Positions 28,911 to 36,868 of a stretch of DNA of 64,000 nucleotides are shown here, one piece after another; positions within the stretch are counted from its first letter, which is position 1; every line of letters starts with the position of its first letter. The DNA is from an uncultured Bacteroidales bacterium (lineage in GTDB: Bacteria; Bacteroidota; Bacteroidia; Bacteroidales; VadinHA17), in contig CAWGRY010000001.1 in NCBI GenBank assembly GCA_963825165.1, positions 116,616 through 180,615 of the forward strand, written 5' to 3'. The position numbers and the translations under genes are program-made. The notes beneath the pieces were generated by a model, which saw nothing but the letters and a program-made list of their open reading frames with translations, did no database searches and was not told where the DNA came from.

Positions 28911-28937
28911 CACTGCCGTACCGCCTTGTTGGCAGTG
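28911..28937. promoter_or_regulatory. Inverted repeat CACTGCC-N13-GGCAGTG in the divergent DUF362/larC intergenic region
   Basis: Perfect 7-bp arms read directly from the sequence, 30 nt upstream of the larC ATG (28967). Confidence 0.3.
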
Positions 28938-28966
28938 ATGACCTGAATGTTAAAAAAACTAAAATA

Positions 28967-30199
28967 ATGAAGATCCTCTATTACGATTGCTTTTCAGGAA
29001 TAAGCGGTGATATGAACCTGGGCGCCATGCTCGATCTGGGAGTCAGCAGTGATATCCTGATCAGTGGTTTGAAAAAGCTTAATCTCGGGGGATGGAAGCT
29101 GGACATTTCCCGTGACCAGAGGCACGGCATTACGGGTACCAGGGTGACAGTGATGATTGAAGAGGTCACTGGGCATGAGCATGAGCATGAACACCCTGAT
29201 GGTCATATCCATCACAACGGGCACAGGCACCTGGATGAAATTGAAAAAATCATTACCGGAAGCTCTCTGCCCGCAGAGGTTATTGCACTGTCAATGAAGA
29301 TCTTTACTCTCATTGCCGAAGCGGAAGCTGCCATTCATGACAAACCCGTCAGGGAGATACATTTTCATGAAGTAGGCGCCATAGATTCCCTTATAGATAT
29401 TGTCGGCGCAGCAATATGCTTCACTGAGCTTGGGGTAGAGAAGGTTTATGTCTCTGATATTGAGCTTGGAAGCGGGATGGTCAGATGCGAGCACGGTCTT
29501 CTGCCGGTGCCGGCGCCAGCCACAGCACGCATCATCACCGGATTCCCGGTGCATACCGGTGGCGTTGACTTCGAAGCTACCACGCCCACGGGTGCAGCCA
29601 TTCTTGCCGCCCTGGCCGAACCAGTTCCTGCCGGACTGAAATATACCATTAAGACAACAGGCTACGGCATAGGTCAGAAGAATAATCCTGCGAGGCCGAA
29701 CATCCTGAGGGTATATCTCGCCGAAACGGCTGAAAATATTATGACAGGGCACCAGGCCTTTGTTGCTGAGTGCAATGTTGACGATATGAACCCTGAACTG
29801 TCAGAGTACATCTCTGCAAGGCTGTTTGGCGCCGGTGCAGGTGATGTATGGTTCACCCCGGTGATAATGAAAAAAGGCCGGCCGGCAATGACAATCAGCG
29901 TTATCTGCGAAGAACACCAGGTCGCGGCCGTCAGGGAAATACTGTTCAGTGAATCCACTACCATCGGGCTGAGGATATTCCCGTTCATGAAAGAGACGCT
30001 TCACCGCGAATTTGAGGAGATTGATACACGCTTCGGCAAAGCAGTCATCAAAAAATCGTTTTTCAACGGACGTCTTGTCTCCGTAAAACCTGAAGCTGAC
30101 CGCTGTGCTGCCATTGCTGCAGAGACTGGTATACCGATGAAACAGGTCATGCAGGAGATAACCGCCCAAGCTATAAAAGAACATGACGCCACACGATAA
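28967..30199 (+). CDS. larC: Nickel-pincer nucleotide cofactor biosynthesis protein LarC (nickel insertion, DUF111)
   Basis: N-terminus MKILYYDCFSGISGDMNLGAMLDLG, a His-rich tract GHEHEHEHPDGHIHHNGHRH, and full-length size (410 aa). Confidence 0.9.
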   Translation: MKILYYDCFSGISGDMNLGAMLDLGVSSDILISGLKKLNLGGWKLDISRDQRHGITGTRVTVMIEEVTGHEHEHEHPDGHIHHNGHRHLDEIEKIITGSSLPAEVIALSMKIFTLIAEAEAAIHDKPVREIHFHEVGAIDSLIDIVGAAICFTELGVEKVYVSDIELGSGMVRCEHGLLPVPAPATARIITGFPVHTGGVDFEATTPTGAAILAALAEPVPAGLKYTIKTTGYGIGQKNNPARPNILRVYLAETAENIMTGHQAFVAECNVDDMNPELSEYISARLFGAGAGDVWFTPVIMKKGRPAMTISVICEEHQVAAVREILFSESTTIGLRIFPFMKETLHREFEEIDTRFGKAVIKKSFFNGRLVSVKPEADRCAAIAAETGIPMKQVMQEITAQAIKEHDATR

Positions 30200-30980
30200 A
30201 CTAAGGAAACTAAGAACAATTCTTTCTGACACCGGAGCAGCTGCAATAGCGCTTTCCGGAGGCACTGACAGCACTTTTCTTGTGAGTGTTGCCTCAGGTA
30301 TCACCGGACTCAGAGTGTTGGCAGTCACAGTCAGCACGCCATATATGTTTGCTTCAGAGGTTGAAGAGGCAGCAGCGTTCTGTGACAGGTACGGGGTTAT
30401 GCACAGGACAATCAGAATGGGTATCCCGGAAACAGTAAAAGGCAACCCTCCTGACCGATGTTATCTCTGCAAGACTGAGGTGATTGGTGTTGTCAGGCGC
30501 GCTGCCGGCGAGGCTGGAATTTCAGTCATATTTGACGGTACAAACGCTGATGATGTCAATGACTACCGGCCAGGCATGAGGGCTCTTAAGGAGTTAGACA
30601 TACGAAGCCCCCTTCTCGAGGCAGGTCTTACCAAGAATGAGATCAGGGCGCTCGCCCGCGAAGCAGGTCTGGACATAAGCGACAAACCATCCAATGCCTG
30701 CCTCCTGACGCGCTTTCCCCATGACACTTCGATACTTCCCGGTGAACTCCGGAAGGCCGAAGAAGCCGAAATCTTCCTTACCGGAATGGGCTTCGGAGGA
30801 TCACGTATCAGGGTGCACGGCGATATGGTACGCATAGAGTGCAGAACGGAGTTCTTCCCTAAAATAATGGAAGCAAGCATGAGAGAAAAAATAATTACAG
30901 CTCTCAAAAACATGGGTTATAAATACATAACTATTGATATCGAGGGTTACCGCAGCGGAAGTATGAACAAAAATATTTAA
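30183..30980 (+). CDS. larE: LarE, ATP-dependent sulfur transferase of NPN cofactor synthesis (PP-loop)
   Basis: PP-loop ALSGGTDSTF. Cys pattern DRCYLCK ... SNACLLTRF. It overlaps the larC end by 17 nt. Confidence 0.85.
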   Translation: MTPHDKLRKLRTILSDTGAAAIALSGGTDSTFLVSVASGITGLRVLAVTVSTPYMFASEVEEAAAFCDRYGVMHRTIRMGIPETVKGNPPDRCYLCKTEVIGVVRRAAGEAGISVIFDGTNADDVNDYRPGMRALKELDIRSPLLEAGLTKNEIRALAREAGLDISDKPSNACLLTRFPHDTSILPGELRKAEEAEIFLTGMGFGGSRIRVHGDMVRIECRTEFFPKIMEASMREKIITALKNMGYKYITIDIEGYRSGSMNKNI

Positions 30981-30984
30981 AATA

Positions 30985-31731
30985 ATGAATGCCGGAGAAC
31001 TGGAAACAATACTAAAAAGCATTAGTGACGGATCATTAAGTGTAAATGAGGCTCTTGAAAAGCTTCACGATTTCCCGTACAGTGACCTCGGTTTTGCAAG
31101 GATAGACCATCACCGGGAACTGCGGACCGGGTACCCGGAAATAGTTTACTGTGCCGGCAAGACGGCAGAGCAGGTCAGGGCCATTTTTTCTGCAATGGAA
31201 GAGCATGGAAATAATATCATGGGAACCAGGGCAGGCAGGGAGATGTTCGATTATATCAGTCCTTTTTTTCCTGATGCCGTTTATTTTGAAACAGCCCGGA
31301 TTATCAGTATTAAAAAGAAGGATATTGTATCTCCCCTTACCAGTATTGCAGTAATCACGGCAGGCACCTCAGACATACCTGTTGCTGAGGAGGCGGCTAT
31401 CACAGCAGAGTTGCTCGGAAATAATGTCATCAGGATATATGATGCCGGGGTAGCGGGCATTCACAGGCTCGTAGACAAGCTCCCGGAGATCCGGGCATGC
31501 AGGGTGGCAATAGTCATTGCCGGAATGGAAGGAGCCCTGGCAAGCGTAGTTGGCGGACTGGTGAATATGCCGGTAATAGCAGTGCCCACAAGTGTGGGAT
31601 ACGGAGCATCATTTGAAGGCTTGTCAGCCCTGCTTGCCATGCTGACCTGTTGTGCTGCAGGGGTGACAGTGGTAAATATTGACAACGGGTTCGGGGCCGG
31701 CTTTGCGGCAAGCAGGATTAACAGTCTCTAG
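30985..31731 (+). CDS. larB: LarB, pyridinium-3,5-biscarboxylic acid mononucleotide synthase (AIR carboxylase-like)
   Basis: The N-terminal region FARIDHHRELRTGYPEIVYC and the PurE-like C-terminus (VITAGTSDIPVAEEA...IAGMEGALASVVGGL) are typical of LarB. It starts 4 nt after larE. Confidence 0.85.
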   Translation: MNAGELETILKSISDGSLSVNEALEKLHDFPYSDLGFARIDHHRELRTGYPEIVYCAGKTAEQVRAIFSAMEEHGNNIMGTRAGREMFDYISPFFPDAVYFETARIISIKKKDIVSPLTSIAVITAGTSDIPVAEEAAITAELLGNNVIRIYDAGVAGIHRLVDKLPEIRACRVAIVIAGMEGALASVVGGLVNMPVIAVPTSVGYGASFEGLSALLAMLTCCAAGVTVVNIDNGFGAGFAASRINSL

Positions 31732-31737
31732 GGTGCA

Positions 31738-32385
31738 ATGACAGGGGTGGTCATATTATCCACAGCTTACTTTCCTCCGGCAGAATACTTCTTTCTTATT
31801 GCACACAGCAGAAAGGTATTGATCGAGAAATGGGAGAATTATCATAAACAGACCTACCGGAACCGGTGCCGGATACTCGGGGCAAACGGTGCATTGACGC
31901 TGACCGTCCCCGTTCTGCGAGGCTCCTTCCACAAGACGCCTTTAAGGGACCTTAAGATTGACAACAGCCGCCGGTGGCGGGAACTGCATCTCAGGAGCCT
32001 GACCTCGGCTTATGCCACCGCTCCGTTCTATGAATTTTATTTTGATGCTATCGGTGCTGTGATCAGGAAGCCGTTCACCTTCCTTCTTGACCTCAACACT
32101 GAGGCACTTGCAGCAGTGACTGATGCAACAGGTATTACCACGCAAACAGCTTTTACGGAGGAGTACCTGCCCGAAGGCATCTCCACGGAAGACTACCGGT
32201 ACCTTATAACTCCCAAACAACCTTCGTGTGTTGATGGCTATAAGGATATGCCTTATATTCAGGTATTTTCCGAAAGGTTTGGATTCGTCCCGGGGTTAAG
32301 TATTATTGATGTGCTGCTCAATAACGGACCAGGGACCGGAGCGTTGCTGCTGGGGTCCCTGGCAATAAGATCAGAACTGAAATAA
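31738..32385 (+). CDS. WbqC-family protein (function unknown)
   Basis: VILSTAYFPPAEYFFLIAHSRKVLIEKWENYHKQTYRNRCRILGANG matches the WbqC-like family N-terminus as I recall it. It starts 6 nt after larB. Confidence 0.7.
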   Translation: MTGVVILSTAYFPPAEYFFLIAHSRKVLIEKWENYHKQTYRNRCRILGANGALTLTVPVLRGSFHKTPLRDLKIDNSRRWRELHLRSLTSAYATAPFYEFYFDAIGAVIRKPFTFLLDLNTEALAAVTDATGITTQTAFTEEYLPEGISTEDYRYLITPKQPSCVDGYKDMPYIQVFSERFGFVPGLSIIDVLLNNGPGTGALLLGSLAIRSELK

Positions 32386-32393
32386 TATTACGG

Positions 32394-33893
32394 TCAGAAC
32401 TTCAGACCTACTGTTCCCGTCAGAATTTTGTCATGATTATGCATGTTGACGGGTTCAAGCCAGGCATTGGGGTACATCAGATAATTCTCATAATTGATAA
32501 TGCCTGAAAAAGACAGATCGAGATAGAATTTGTCCTGGCGGTATCCTATCCCTGCACTGTAGCCATTGTAATCTGCATCCGCATTGAGGGAACCGCTTCT
32601 GAATGCTGATCCGTAATATCTGTAACCTCCCCTGATGTAAGCGGGTCCGAACCGTAATTCAGCTCCAACCCTGAAATTGCTGGCACCTTTCAGTTCGTAC
32701 CTGATCTCCTCATTTTCAGTGTAGAAGTCATACCCGTCAGCACCGTGTTCGAATTTTGCATTGGCATAATCAACATACTCGTAGTCAGCACTAATAAGAC
32801 CCATGGTCCCAATCTGAAATGCAACACCTGTGTTTATCCTCCAGGGGGTGTTCAATTCGTAATGGTAAGTATTGGGATCCGTTTCTGTAACACCTTCGAA
32901 ATCATCGGTGGGATCATTTGGAGTGTTCAGGTCCAGGTAGGAAGAAAGGTTACTGAAATAATACTCATCGATATTATAATAGGTAGGGGTTGCGAAGCTG
33001 AAGCCGATACGCATCATCTCCACAGGTCTTAAGATTGCCCCTATCTTGAAGTTCCATCCTGAGCCTTCGGCATCAAAATGGTCAGTGTAAGTAAAGTCCA
33101 CAAAGTCAAAAATATCGTTTGCAGCATCGATTTCCGTATGCCTGTAATGACCGGTATAGTTCAATGTTGTTATTCCGAACCCTGCCCCGATGTACAGCTT
33201 ATCAGCCATGTTTGCCCCGAAAACGATTGTGTGTTCTCCAGTGAACCCCTGGTTATCAATCGTTCTGCTTGTCTTCTGACCGTAAACCGGGCTGTCTTCT
33301 CCGTAATAGGAAAAAATTGAAGCGTAATCGGTAAAACTGTTTGAAAGGGTATCGATCAGCAATTGCTGATAAGCCATATAACCTGCAGAGGTATTGTCCT
33401 GCAGCTCCCAGGTATTGTATCCGGTTGCCAGGTCAGCCCAGTAATCAGCCATTGAGCTTGCATCACTGATACCGTCAATAATTATATGTGTATCGTAGTT
33501 ATTGGTTCTGTTATAGGAATAGCCAAAGCTTAAACCTTTCAGGGCTGATCCGCCTTTCATTGTCATGGATGTTACCAGGCCTATCTGGCCAAGGCTGAAC
33601 TGTGAGAACTGGTATTCATTGTTGTATCCGGAAAAGTTGGAGTTGTTGTCTTTAAAGTTCACCTGTGTCGACACCGTGAACTCAGTTGATCTGAAGACTG
33701 CTATGCCGGCCGGATTAAGGGATATCGCAGACAGGTCTCCGCCCAGGGCTGTAAATGCTCCGCTCATGCCATCGAAGCGTGCTGTGCCCTGGTAAAACAG
33801 TTTGGAATATCTGAGAGCGTCGTCTATGTTCTGCGCTGACAAACTGAGTGGCAGAAGCAAAACAGCTGCTATAAGTGTCAATCTTGTTTTCAT
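32394..33893 (-). CDS. FadL/OMPP1-like outer-membrane beta-barrel protein
   Basis: Signal peptide MKTRLTLIAAVLLLPLSLSAQ, the N-terminal motif GTARFDGMSGAFTALGGDLSAISLNPAGIA, alternating beta-strand pattern, and a C-terminal ...TVGLKF. I prefer the start at ATG 33893 over 33956. Confidence 0.7.
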   Translation of the reverse strand: MKTRLTLIAAVLLLPLSLSAQNIDDALRYSKLFYQGTARFDGMSGAFTALGGDLSAISLNPAGIAVFRSTEFTVSTQVNFKDNNSNFSGYNNEYQFSQFSLGQIGLVTSMTMKGGSALKGLSFGYSYNRTNNYDTHIIIDGISDASSMADYWADLATGYNTWELQDNTSAGYMAYQQLLIDTLSNSFTDYASIFSYYGEDSPVYGQKTSRTIDNQGFTGEHTIVFGANMADKLYIGAGFGITTLNYTGHYRHTEIDAANDIFDFVDFTYTDHFDAEGSGWNFKIGAILRPVEMMRIGFSFATPTYYNIDEYYFSNLSSYLDLNTPNDPTDDFEGVTETDPNTYHYELNTPWRINTGVAFQIGTMGLISADYEYVDYANAKFEHGADGYDFYTENEEIRYELKGASNFRVGAELRFGPAYIRGGYRYYGSAFRSGSLNADADYNGYSAGIGYRQDKFYLDLSFSGIINYENYLMYPNAWLEPVNMHNHDKILTGTVGLKF

Positions 33894-33971
33894 CTTTTCT
33901 GTCTTTTTAAGTATACGAACCCTGCTGCTCCGGTTTTTTAGGAACACAACTGTCAATATATTTTATGTATG

Positions 33972-35453
33972 TTATCTCCTGCTTCCGCCGCCGCCACTGT
34001 GTGACGATGAGGATGATGAACTGCCTGATGATGATGATCCTGAAGAGCTGTGGCCTCCGCCACCGCTGTATCCTCCGGAGCTTCCTGAACTGCTGCTTCT
34101 GCTGCCGCCGGAATATGAGGAGCTGCTGCTGCTTCTGCTGCCGCCTGAATATGATGAACTGCCGCTGCTTCTGCCCGAGCTTCCCGAACTGCTGCGCGAA
34201 GGAGCAGAATACTGAACAGACGAGGATGAAGATCTTGAGGGCGTATACCCTGACGAAGTGCTTCCGCTGCTGCTTCTGGTAGTAGTCGTGCCTCTGTTGT
34301 AGTTAGTGGTACCCTGAACCGATTCAGATGTGCGGCTGTTGTTGTAAGATGGTTTTGAGCTCATCCTGGGGCTGTTGTAACTTGGAGTATATGACCTGTC
34401 GGTAGTCTGGTACTGCGGTTTATTCACACTCTGCGTCTGGCCCTGAACCGTGGACTGAGATGTTCTGGTCTGAGTGCCGGTCTGAGTTCTGGTCTGAGTG
34501 CCGGTCTGTGTTCTGGTCTGAGTGCCGGCCTGTGTTCTGGTCTGAGTGCCGGCCTGTGTTCTGGTCATGGTCTGTGCGCTCGATCCTGAAGGATCGCGGC
34601 GGGTGTAACCCTGTCCGGTCGTCAGCCCGCTGTTCGGAACTGATGAAGACCTGGTATAAGTGCTTTTCTCAGAAGCAGCTGCCGGTCTCCTGGTTGCTGT
34701 GCCTGTTCCGGTTTGTGCAGACGGAGTTGCAGGTGATGATGACCCGGTCCTTCTTGAGTAACTGCTTTCAGATGCAGTGCCTGATTTGATTCTGCCATCG
34801 CCTTGTGTTGTATATGATCCCCTGGTGGTGGTGCTGTAACCTCCCCTGCGTGCCACATAATGACTGGAGCCATCGTTGTAGTAGGGCGGATAACCGCTGC
34901 CGTAGTAGGGCGGGTAACCGCTGCCGTAGCCATAGTACGGGTAACCGCACCCGTAACCCCAGTATGGATCATAGTACCCGCCATAACCATATCCGTAGTA
35001 AGGATAATATGGATAATACCCACCGTAGCCATATCCGTAGTAGGGGTAACCCCAGCCGAAGCCCAATCCGAAACCGTAACCGAAACCGAATGACATGTTA
35101 AGTGAGAAAGGACTGTAGTAATCCCAGTAAGGATAGAAACCGTCATTAAAGAGGTAAATCCTTTCTGCAGCGCTTGAACCGTAATAGTTGTTGACTACTG
35201 CAGCTTCAGAGCCTGTTCCTGCCAGGTACTCCTGTGAAGGTGCATAGTCGTCAGCTACCAGTGTGTCACCGGCAAGCATGTTATCATAGTACTGGTCAGT
35301 GGTACCGGCAGGGGCAGCAGTCTGCACCGCTACTACCGGTTCATCAGATGGCCTGTAATACAGATCATCATTACTGGTTCCGGTGTAAAGCTGTGATGTA
35401 CACGAGCTGGCTATCACCAGAATGACCGGGATTATGTACCTGAAGTTTTTCAT
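33972..35453 (-). CDS. Low-complexity lipoprotein: Tyr/Gly-rich core plus Ser/Thr/Arg/Gly-rich repeat tail
   Basis: Lipoprotein-like signal MKNFRYIIPVILVIASSC. A 71-aa stretch (nt 34878-35090) has 66 G/Y/P/F/W residues. The tail carries TRTQ(A/T)GTQ x4-5 and YSGGSRSSSS repeats. No known family recognised. Confidence 0.7.
   Translation of the reverse strand: MKNFRYIIPVILVIASSCTSQLYTGTSNDDLYYRPSDEPVVAVQTAAPAGTTDQYYDNMLAGDTLVADDYAPSQEYLAGTGSEAAVVNNYYGSSAAERIYLFNDGFYPYWDYYSPFSLNMSFGFGYGFGLGFGWGYPYYGYGYGGYYPYYPYYGYGYGGYYDPYWGYGCGYPYYGYGSGYPPYYGSGYPPYYNDGSSHYVARRGGYSTTTRGSYTTQGDGRIKSGTASESSYSRRTGSSSPATPSAQTGTGTATRRPAAASEKSTYTRSSSVPNSGLTTGQGYTRRDPSGSSAQTMTRTQAGTQTRTQAGTQTRTQTGTQTRTQTGTQTRTSQSTVQGQTQSVNKPQYQTTDRSYTPSYNSPRMSSKPSYNNSRTSESVQGTTNYNRGTTTTRSSSGSTSSGYTPSRSSSSSVQYSAPSRSSSGSSGRSSGSSSYSGGSRSSSSSSYSGGSRSSSSGSSGGYSGGGGHSSSGSSSSGSSSSSSSHSGGGGSRR
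34092..34154. repeat. Direct repeat with 36-nt period inside the Ser/Gly-rich tail coding region
   Basis: GCTGCTTCTGCTGCCGCC(G/T)GAATATGA occurs at 34092-34118 and 34128-34154, encoding YSGGSRSSSSSS units on the minus strand. Confidence 0.8.
34462..34566. repeat. Tandem repeat, 24-nt unit x about 4.4 (12-nt sub-period)
   Basis: GTTCTGGTCTGAGTGCCGG(T/C)CTG(A/T) is repeated head-to-tail from 34462. It encodes TRTQ(A/T)GTQ octapeptide repeats on the minus strand. Confidence 0.9.
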
Positions 35454-35523
35454 GTTATGCCCTTCTTTTGTTACACCCAATATAATACAAATTTCGTACC
35501 AAAGATTAAAAGCTCCTTACAGC

Positions 35524-36777
35524 TCACCTTCTGCTTTTGGTTGAAGAACCGGTTTTCTCTGATTCATTGCCTGAGGAAGGTGTACTTTCGGCGGCTTCCA
35601 CAGTAACTGGCTGACTGCTTTTCCTGACGGTCGACTGTTCAGTCACGGAGGAGCTGCCTGTCGGGCTCTGTCGCATGGTTGTCTCTTTTACCTGTCTGTT
35701 GGTTCTTACGACGGTCTGAGTCTGCTGGCGGGGCTGTTCAGGCTCGGTGATCCTTACTACGCTGGCAGGTTTTTCAGCTTCCACAGGGTTTCGCCTTGTG
35801 GCAGTCTCATTCGCAGGAGTCGCCGTGCCGGTTGTTGTGCGCGGAGCTGTCTCCGTTGTTGTCTGCGGAGCCGTCCCGGTTTTTGTGCCTGGTGACCCCC
35901 TGCGCGGCACGGTTGTCTCACTCGCCTTTGTGTCACTAGCCTTTGTGTCACCGGGAATCTCAGTCTCCCGACGACTGGAGCCATCTGTTGCAGGGACACC
36001 TCTGCGGCCATGTTCTGTATAGGTCCCGGTACCGCTCTTGCGTCCGCTGCCGGGCTGTGATGACCCGGTATTGTCTATGGGAGTGGCGGGTTGAGATCCG
36101 GTACTCCTCCGGGTGGAGGTGGAATACCCTGATCTGTGGCGGGAATCATAAGGACTTGAAGGATTATAGCCCGTATTGTTATTATTATTGTTGTTGTGAT
36201 GATAGTCGTCCCTGTATCCCGGCCCGTAGGGATTGTTATAATGGTCAGATCCGTAGTATGGGTTCCAGGCATTCCAGTTTGGATAATACCAGCTGTTCCA
36301 TGCCATCGGGTAATGGTAATACGGTCTGCCGAGATAATAGTTGATGCCGTAGCTCACGCCGGGAGCATACCATGAATTCCACCCGTAGCCCATCCAGGGA
36401 TCGTAATCCCACCATGGATCATATCCCCACCAGTAAGACCCGCCGAAGCCGCTCGTCCAGTTGTACCTCGACACGCCCCCGCCATAATAATACCAGTCGT
36501 CATAGATTGATACCCCCCATGTATAAGGTGTGTAGTGATACCAGAAGGTTTCCGTATACAGGGGTGAATAGAAGTCGAACACCACATATGAATTGTGAAA
36601 TCTTTTAAGGCGTGAGGCGTACTCATAACCGCTTTCGTTGTAATAGTTGTTCACTACGATCTGCTGGTTGCCATAACCGCTCCCCCTATCACCGTGGCCT
36701 TTACCTGCATCTGCGGCCAATGCTGTGCATGCAAGCACCATCGTGGCTGTAGCTGTGAGTAAAATTTTTGTCTTCAT
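35524..36777 (-). CDS. Low-complexity secreted/lipoprotein paralogue: Trp/Tyr-rich core plus Ser/Thr/Arg/Pro-rich tail
   Basis: Signal MKTKILLTATATMVLAC. It shares VVNNYY, (F/Y)YSP, GYST(T/S)TR(G/R)S and a terminal SRR with the downstream gene. The core includes SYWWGYDPWWDYDPWMGYGWNSWY. It has an N7 tract and short tail repeats (TKASDTKASET). Confidence 0.7.
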   Translation of the reverse strand: MKTKILLTATATMVLACTALAADAGKGHGDRGSGYGNQQIVVNNYYNESGYEYASRLKRFHNSYVVFDFYSPLYTETFWYHYTPYTWGVSIYDDWYYYGGGVSRYNWTSGFGGSYWWGYDPWWDYDPWMGYGWNSWYAPGVSYGINYYLGRPYYHYPMAWNSWYYPNWNAWNPYYGSDHYNNPYGPGYRDDYHHNNNNNNNTGYNPSSPYDSRHRSGYSTSTRRSTGSQPATPIDNTGSSQPGSGRKSGTGTYTEHGRRGVPATDGSSRRETEIPGDTKASDTKASETTVPRRGSPGTKTGTAPQTTTETAPRTTTGTATPANETATRRNPVEAEKPASVVRITEPEQPRQQTQTVVRTNRQVKETTMRQSPTGSSSVTEQSTVRKSSQPVTVEAAESTPSSGNESEKTGSSTKSRR

Positions 36778-36868
36778 TGTGTGCCTCCCTTTCTGGTTCG
36801 CAAGTTTTGTCTATTTTTACGCAATCTTTTTTTGCTAATTAACAAAATTCAAATACTATACCAAACTA

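Noticed and set aside
29801-30445. 214-aa minus-strand ORF across the larC/larE junction. Similar long antisense ORFs occur at 36953..37594 (inside proS), 56942..57649 (inside ppdK) and 63439..63963 (inside pckA).
   Set aside because: All lie inside genes with unambiguous conserved motifs on the other strand, and their translations are low-complexity with no recognisable features.
33802-34215. Plus-strand 137-aa ORF rich in Leu/Pro/Glu/Asp (..PPEYEELLLLLLPPEYDELPLLLPELPELL..), plus the overlapping ORF 33965..34282.
   Set aside because: They are the antisense mirror of the Ser/Gly-rich repeat tail of the minus-strand lipoprotein gene. They are open only because the repeats lack stop codons in several frames, and they have no start context or signal.
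35524-36777. Assigning the Trp/Tyr-rich protein to the YXWGXW-repeat family.
   Set aside because: As I recall it, that family has regularly spaced W..G.W units in Pro/Arg-rich contexts. The aromatic pattern here is irregular (WWGYDPWWDYDPWMGYGW), and I cannot verify any match without a profile search.
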